A stretch of DNA of 55,819 nt, taken from contig CAWLAJ010000001.1 in NCBI GenBank assembly GCA_963854795.1, positions 1 through 55,819 of the forward strand. The letters run 5' to 3'. Positions 51,626 to 55,819 of the stretch are shown here, one piece after another (positions within the stretch are counted from its first letter, which is position 1; the number at the start of each line of letters is the position of its first letter). Made by a program: the position numbers and the translations under genes. The notes under the pieces were generated by a model, which worked only from the letters and a program-made list of their open reading frames with translations, was not told where the DNA came from and did no database searches. This stretch comes from Deltaproteobacteria bacterium UBA4427. Its GTDB lineage: Bacteria > Myxococcota_A > UBA9160 > UBA4427.

Positions 51626-52442
51626 GTCGGCGATCGCACTGTCACTGGTTTTTCCGGCCTTCAATGAGGCCGAAAACCTTCCGCCACTACTCGAGAGCGC
51701 GATCGCGATCGGCGAGGCCCTGGGTCTCGAATTCGAGATCGTCATCGTCGATGATGGTTCGCAGGATCGCAGCGCCGAGTTCCTCACCGAGACTTCTCGA
51801 CGCGACCCACGAATCCGCGCTGTCCATCATGCGGCCAACCTGGGCTACGGGGCCGCTCTACGCTCTGGGCTGCGAGAGGCGCGTGGCCAGTTGGTCTTCT
51901 TCAGCGACGCCGATCTTCAATTCGATCTTGCAGAAATTCGCCATCTGCTCGAATACGCCGAGGACTACGAGATCGTCGCCGGATATCGCGCACCGCGCCG
52001 GGACCCCTGGATTCGGCGTGCAATCGCTACTGTCTGGGGGTTTCTCGTTCGGCTCCTTTTCGATCTCCCAATTCGCGACATCGACTGCGCCTTCAAGGTC
52101 TTCCGACGCGACGTCCTGGACGCGATCCCGATCGAATCGATCGGTGCCTTCGTGAACACCGAGATTCTGGCTCGCGCTCGCGCTGCCGGATTCGCCATCA
52201 AGCAAGTTCCCGTGACCCATCGCCGGCGCCAATCGGGTCGTCAGAGCGGCGCCCATCCTCGCGTCATCCTGCGCGCCATCGTCGAACTCTCACAACTCTA
52301 TGGCGAGCTTCGCGGTGACCTTCGAGCGCCGCTTGCCAGGCTGCGTCCGGCGGGCAGCCAACCTCGCGGCATGGCTCCTCGCCGCCAGGCGAATCGGGCG
52401 AGCAAGACCGGATCGATGGGCTCACTCGGCACGACTCGGTAG
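51618..52442 (+). CDS. family 2 glycosyltransferase (dolichol-P-sugar / polyprenol-P-sugar synthase-like)
   Basis: LSLVFPAFNEAENL, VIVDDGSQDRS, FFSDADLQ (the DxD region), and DCAFKVFRR. Confidence 0.85.
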   Translation: MSESAIALSLVFPAFNEAENLPPLLESAIAIGEALGLEFEIVIVDDGSQDRSAEFLTETSRRDPRIRAVHHAANLGYGAALRSGLREARGQLVFFSDADLQFDLAEIRHLLEYAEDYEIVAGYRAPRRDPWIRRAIATVWGFLVRLLFDLPIRDIDCAFKVFRRDVLDAIPIESIGAFVNTEILARARAAGFAIKQVPVTHRRRQSGRQSGAHPRVILRAIVELSQLYGELRGDLRAPLARLRPAGSQPRGMAPRRQANRASKTGSMGSLGTTR

Positions 52443-52451
52443 CCGTCGGGC

Positions 52452-53786
52452 ATGCGGCCATTGCGGCTTCTGCTGGCGGGCGCGTTCCCCTATCCCCTGA
52501 ACCAGGGCTCCCAGGTCTATTTTCAAGAACAAGCGATCGCGCTGCGCGGGCACGGGGCCGAAGTCACTCTGCTCACCTACGGACCGGGAAGGTCTTCGAA
52601 AGGAAGCGCTCGGGCCGAGGCGCGATCGGCGGCCGCTGCGAATGGCCTTGGCCAGCGAGAGAATCGGTCGACGGAGCATTGGCGTGCACTCGATGGCTTC
52701 GACCATTTTCAGTCCCCGGCCTGGACCCGTCCAGCTTCCCCGCGAGCGGGCCCGAGTTGGGCCAAGCCTCTCGCAGATCTCGGCTTTGCCATGACGCTTC
52801 GTGACGCACTCGCGTCAAGTGTGGGTGATGACGCGTTTGACGCAATCTTGACGCACAATGCGGAAGCCACTTTGACGAGCTGCCTGGTGGCAGGCCCGAA
52901 GCGTCCACCCGTCGTCTACTGCGTCCACACACTTCTCGAACAGGAGCTCTCCGCTTATCTCAGAGGCCCTAAGGAACAGGGTTTTTGGAACAATTTCGAT
53001 CTATCGCAGTCTGCGGGTCGTCTCACGACCGGCCTCGACAGGGTCGGGGCAGGAATCGACCGTTGGCTGGCTCGTCGGTCGGACGGCTGGATCGCGTTGA
53101 CGCAGTCTTCAGAGCGCGTCATGCGTCAATTCTCGAGCCGGCCAGGGGCTCTCGTCCCTCCTCCGATTCCCGATCCGCTGGCCAGTCTGGACAGACTCGA
53201 TCCCGACGCGGTGGCGCGATCGCACGGTCTCGAACCCGGGCGCTTCCTTCTCTACTCGGGAAACCTCGACGGCTACCAGGAACTCGACATTCTCGTTTCG
53301 GCGGCTGCCGAGTTATCGCGGCGGAATTCCGCATCCACACCCCTGGTTCTGGCCAGTCATCTAGCCGCGTCCTCAACGGCGTGGACCACCCGTTCGATTC
53401 CCGGCCTGCAATTCCGACAGGTCCATTCTTCGGCCGAAATGCTGGCGCTGCTCGAAAGCGCCCGCGCCAGCCTGCTCCTCCGGCGCACGGAGGGTGGCTT
53501 CCCGATCAAGCTCGTGAACAGTCTGGCGGTCGGCACCCCGGCGATCGCCTTTCACGAACGGGAATGGGGTCTCGAACACGACCGCAACGCGCTGATCTGT
53601 TCGCCCGTCCAGCCTGTCGAGTCGATGGTCGAAGCGGTCGAGCGTCTCGAAAAGGACGATGCGCTGGCCGGTCGGCTTGGTGAGGGCGCCCGTGCACTCT
53701 ATCTGAAGCGGCACCGACCCGAGCCAGCGGCGAAACGCGTTCTCGCGCTGGTCGAGGAGGTCTGTCGAACTCGCGACGTGCGCTGA
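52452..53786 (+). CDS. family 4 (GT-B, group 1) glycosyltransferase
   Basis: N-terminus LLLAGAFPYPLNQGSQVYFQEQAIAL. C-terminal EGGFPIKLVNSLAVGTPAIAF (the E-x7-E region). Confidence 0.75.
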   Translation: MRPLRLLLAGAFPYPLNQGSQVYFQEQAIALRGHGAEVTLLTYGPGRSSKGSARAEARSAAAANGLGQRENRSTEHWRALDGFDHFQSPAWTRPASPRAGPSWAKPLADLGFAMTLRDALASSVGDDAFDAILTHNAEATLTSCLVAGPKRPPVVYCVHTLLEQELSAYLRGPKEQGFWNNFDLSQSAGRLTTGLDRVGAGIDRWLARRSDGWIALTQSSERVMRQFSSRPGALVPPPIPDPLASLDRLDPDAVARSHGLEPGRFLLYSGNLDGYQELDILVSAAAELSRRNSASTPLVLASHLAASSTAWTTRSIPGLQFRQVHSSAEMLALLESARASLLLRRTEGGFPIKLVNSLAVGTPAIAFHEREWGLEHDRNALICSPVQPVESMVEAVERLEKDDALAGRLGEGARALYLKRHRPEPAAKRVLALVEEVCRTRDVR

Positions 53787-54011
53787 CGCGAGGACGCCGG
53801 CAGAGTCCCGGAGCGGGCGGTGTGCAGCCGACCCTCCGTTTCTCCGATGATCCCTGAATACGCACGCGACGTGTCATTTCGTCGTAGGCCCCTAAACTGA
53901 CGCCCGCTCGGTCCCCGATTTTCGGGAATCGGGCTTTTGGCGTTCTTCGCTCGCCTGGATTCGTGAGATCGCGGAGAGTGGGGTTTTGGGATTGAGCGGA
54001 GAGATTGCGCG

Positions 54012-55819
54012 ATGAGTGCTGAGGCGAAGGCCCAGGTCGGGATGAAGCGACGCCGGTCCACACCGCGCGGGGATACGCCGTTTGATCGTCTCATTCGAGA
54101 GAAGGGAAAGGCCAACGAACTCACGCGCCTAACAGGCTTGCGTGGTGCCGCGAACCGAGTTGCCGCCAGTCATTTGATCCGCGCTCACGGCGACCGCCCC
54201 GTTCTCTACATCACGGCCCATTCGCGCGCCGCCGACGACGCTGCCCTCGCGCTCCGAGGCATGCTCGGCGAACGCGAAGACACGTCTCGGATTCGGGCGT
54301 TTCCGCGCCACGACACCCTGCCCTTCGACCGCTTCTCTCCGCAGCCCTTCCTCGTCAGCCAGCGCATGGAAGTTCTTCATCTCCTGAATCAGGCGCTCGA
54401 CGGCCGCGAGCAGGCGAGCCCGATCGTGATTGCCCCGATGGCCGCCCTCGCCCTTCGCGTTCCCGCACGAAATCTCCTTCGCGAATCGACCGAGCGCATC
54501 TCGGTTGGCGCGTCGCTCGATCGAGATCTGCTCGCCGCGCGCCTGGTCGGCCGCGGCTACCAGCGAATGGCGCTCGTCGAAGAACCCGGTGAAATCGCGA
54601 TTCGCGGCGACATCGTCGACATCTATCCACCCCAACTGGCGAATCCCGTACGGATCGAACTCTGGGGCGACGAGGTCGATTCGATTCGAAGTTTCGATCC
54701 CGCCAGTCAACGCTCGCAGACGAAATCCGCGACCGTTCTGCTTCCGCCGCCCCGCGAGCTCCTTTTCGATCGCGATGGCATCGTCGATTGCGAGCCCGCA
54801 ATTCGCGAGAACGCGGCGGAACAAGGTGTTTCGATGGCAGACGTCGACCGCCTGATCGATTCGCTTCTGCGCGGCCATCTGCCACCGGGCGCCGAGTCGC
54901 TGGCACCACTCATCCAGCCAGACCAGGAGAGTTTCTTCGCCTACCTCTCGGAGCAGGTGCTCGTGTTGCTCGAAGAACCCGAGGAAGCCGTGGCGCACCT
55001 CGACGAAGTCTTCGGTGAAATCGAATCGAATCACCTCGCGGCGAGAGGCGAACGTCTGACCGTACCGATCGAATCCCTTCTTCTTTCGACGGACGAGATT
55101 TCGAACGGCCTCGCTGGCCTCGACCCGATTCGACTCGAGCGTCTCGACATCGAACTCGCGGTCGACGAACGGGGCCGGCACGTGTTCGAAACCCAAACCC
55201 AGGACGAGCTGCGCCGCGACCTCGTCTCGAGTCGCAGTCATGAACATGCGCTCACGCCGCTTGCCGATCGTTGTCATGCCTGGCTTGCCGAGCGTTGGCG
55301 CGTCGTCATCGCCTGCAGCACGCTGTCGATCGCGGAACGAATTCATTCGCTCCTGGCCGACTACGACCTCGACGGGCAGGTCGCGACGGATCCGCGGCCC
55401 GTCTGGCATTGGTCGCTCCCGGGGCGCCTCGAGATTCGTGTCGTGGATCTCGACGAAGGATTCATCTGGCCCGACCAGTCACTCGCCGTCATGACCGACG
55501 AAGAGATCTTCGGCCGGCGAGAGAGACGAAAGAATCGCCCCGGCTGGCGCGAAGGCCAGAAACTCGATGGCATCGCCCAGCTCGCTCCCGGAGACTTCCT
55601 GGTCCACGCCGATCACGGCATCGGGATCTACCGCGGCCTGAAGGAACTGAAGGCCGGCGGCACGTCGAGCGAACTGCTCGCCATCGAATACCTCGGCTCT
55701 GACAAACTCTTTCTGCCCGTCGACCGCCTGAGCCGCGTACAGCGCTACGGGGCCGCCGACGGCGTCAAGCCGCGGCTCGACAAACTCGGCGGCGAAACCT
55801 GGGAGAAGACCAAGGGCAA
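54012..55819 (+). CDS. mfd: transcription-repair coupling factor, 5' part (runs off right edge)
   Basis: Absent from the track because there is no stop in the window. My translation from the ATG at 54012 reads ...LTGLRGAANRVAASHLIRAHGDRPVLYITA..., EEPGEIAIRGDIVDIYPP, IELWGDEVDSIRSFDP (UvrB-homology module), and GDFLVHADHGIGIYRGL...LAIEYLGSDKLFLPVDRLSRVQRY (RNAP-interaction/CarD-like domain). An alternative ATG is at 54042. ORF 54129-55409 on the minus strand is its antisense shadow. Confidence 0.85.
   Translation, partial: MSAEAKAQVGMKRRRSTPRGDTPFDRLIREKGKANELTRLTGLRGAANRVAASHLIRAHGDRPVLYITAHSRAADDAALALRGMLGEREDTSRIRAFPRHDTLPFDRFSPQPFLVSQRMEVLHLLNQALDGREQASPIVIAPMAALALRVPARNLLRESTERISVGASLDRDLLAARLVGRGYQRMALVEEPGEIAIRGDIVDIYPPQLANPVRIELWGDEVDSIRSFDPASQRSQTKSATVLLPPPRELLFDRDGIVDCEPAIRENAAEQGVSMADVDRLIDSLLRGHLPPGAESLAPLIQPDQESFFAYLSEQVLVLLEEPEEAVAHLDEVFGEIESNHLAARGERLTVPIESLLLSTDEISNGLAGLDPIRLERLDIELAVDERGRHVFETQTQDELRRDLVSSRSHEHALTPLADRCHAWLAERWRVVIACSTLSIAERIHSLLADYDLDGQVATDPRPVWHWSLPGRLEIRVVDLDEGFIWPDQSLAVMTDEEIFGRRERRKNRPGWREGQKLDGIAQLAPGDFLVHADHGIGIYRGLKELKAGGTSSELLAIEYLGSDKLFLPVDRLSRVQRYGAADGVKPRLDKLGGETWEKTKG

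Noticed and set aside
54129-55409. 426-aa minus-strand ORF
   Set aside because: It is antisense to mfd. The plus-strand frame carries diagnostic TRCF motifs and stays open to the window edge.
1-55819. Genome-wide reassignment of TAG (for example pyrrolysine or read-through) as an explanation for the in-frame amber at 3084
   Set aside because: TAG is the ordinary terminator of several confidently called genes here, including the LpxL-like gene at 3383, KS at 11945, sppA at 30467, the VOC gene at 45664 and rplC at 45661. No pyl genes are visible.

Overview
High-GC bacterial chromosomal segment from a diderm organism (Pal lipoprotein, LpxL-family acyltransferase and SppA are present). It is densely packed with about 50 protein genes. 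By eye I found no rRNA, tRNA, CRISPR array, transposase or integrase. Many long ORFs in the supplied track are antisense or out-of-frame shadow ORFs, as is typical of high-GC DNA, and I did not call them. Two real genes run off the window edges and so are missing from the track: a CofG/MqnE-like radical SAM gene (1-590, minus) and mfd (54012-55819, plus).

The dominant feature is an 11-gene, co-directional, largely start/stop-overlapping lipid-synthesis operon on the minus strand (17025 down to 3383). In order it encodes an enoyl-reductase-like SDR, FabH, FabA, FabG, a FabZ-like dehydratase, KAS I/II, an atypical ACP, a PlsC-type acyltransferase, a phosphopantetheinyl transferase, a 1873-aa single-chain eukaryote-like biotin carboxylase (BC-BCCP-central region-CT) and an LpxL/HtrB-type acyltransferase. 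I read it as a self-contained, dedicated acyl-lipid factory, and it is the best candidate for an undescribed system in this window.

Second in interest is a thioredoxin-fold (PRX-like, WCPYC family) gene. An in-frame TGA sits exactly at the first redox Cys position and is followed 9 nt later by a strong hairpin, so this is a candidate selenoprotein with a SECIS element.

Several genes look disrupted: an in-frame TAG splits a lipoprotein from its SH3b domain, a PilZ-type gene is frameshifted, a sulfotransferase is reduced to a 56-codon stub, and a PanE-like gene is degraded. Other points of note are a stand-alone rplC outside any ribosomal operon, a DinG helicase whose fused exonuclease domain has D-x-K instead of D-x-E, and an ECF sigma / anti-sigma / DUF3106-like / CWC operon. 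The rest is ordinary housekeeping and metabolic content.
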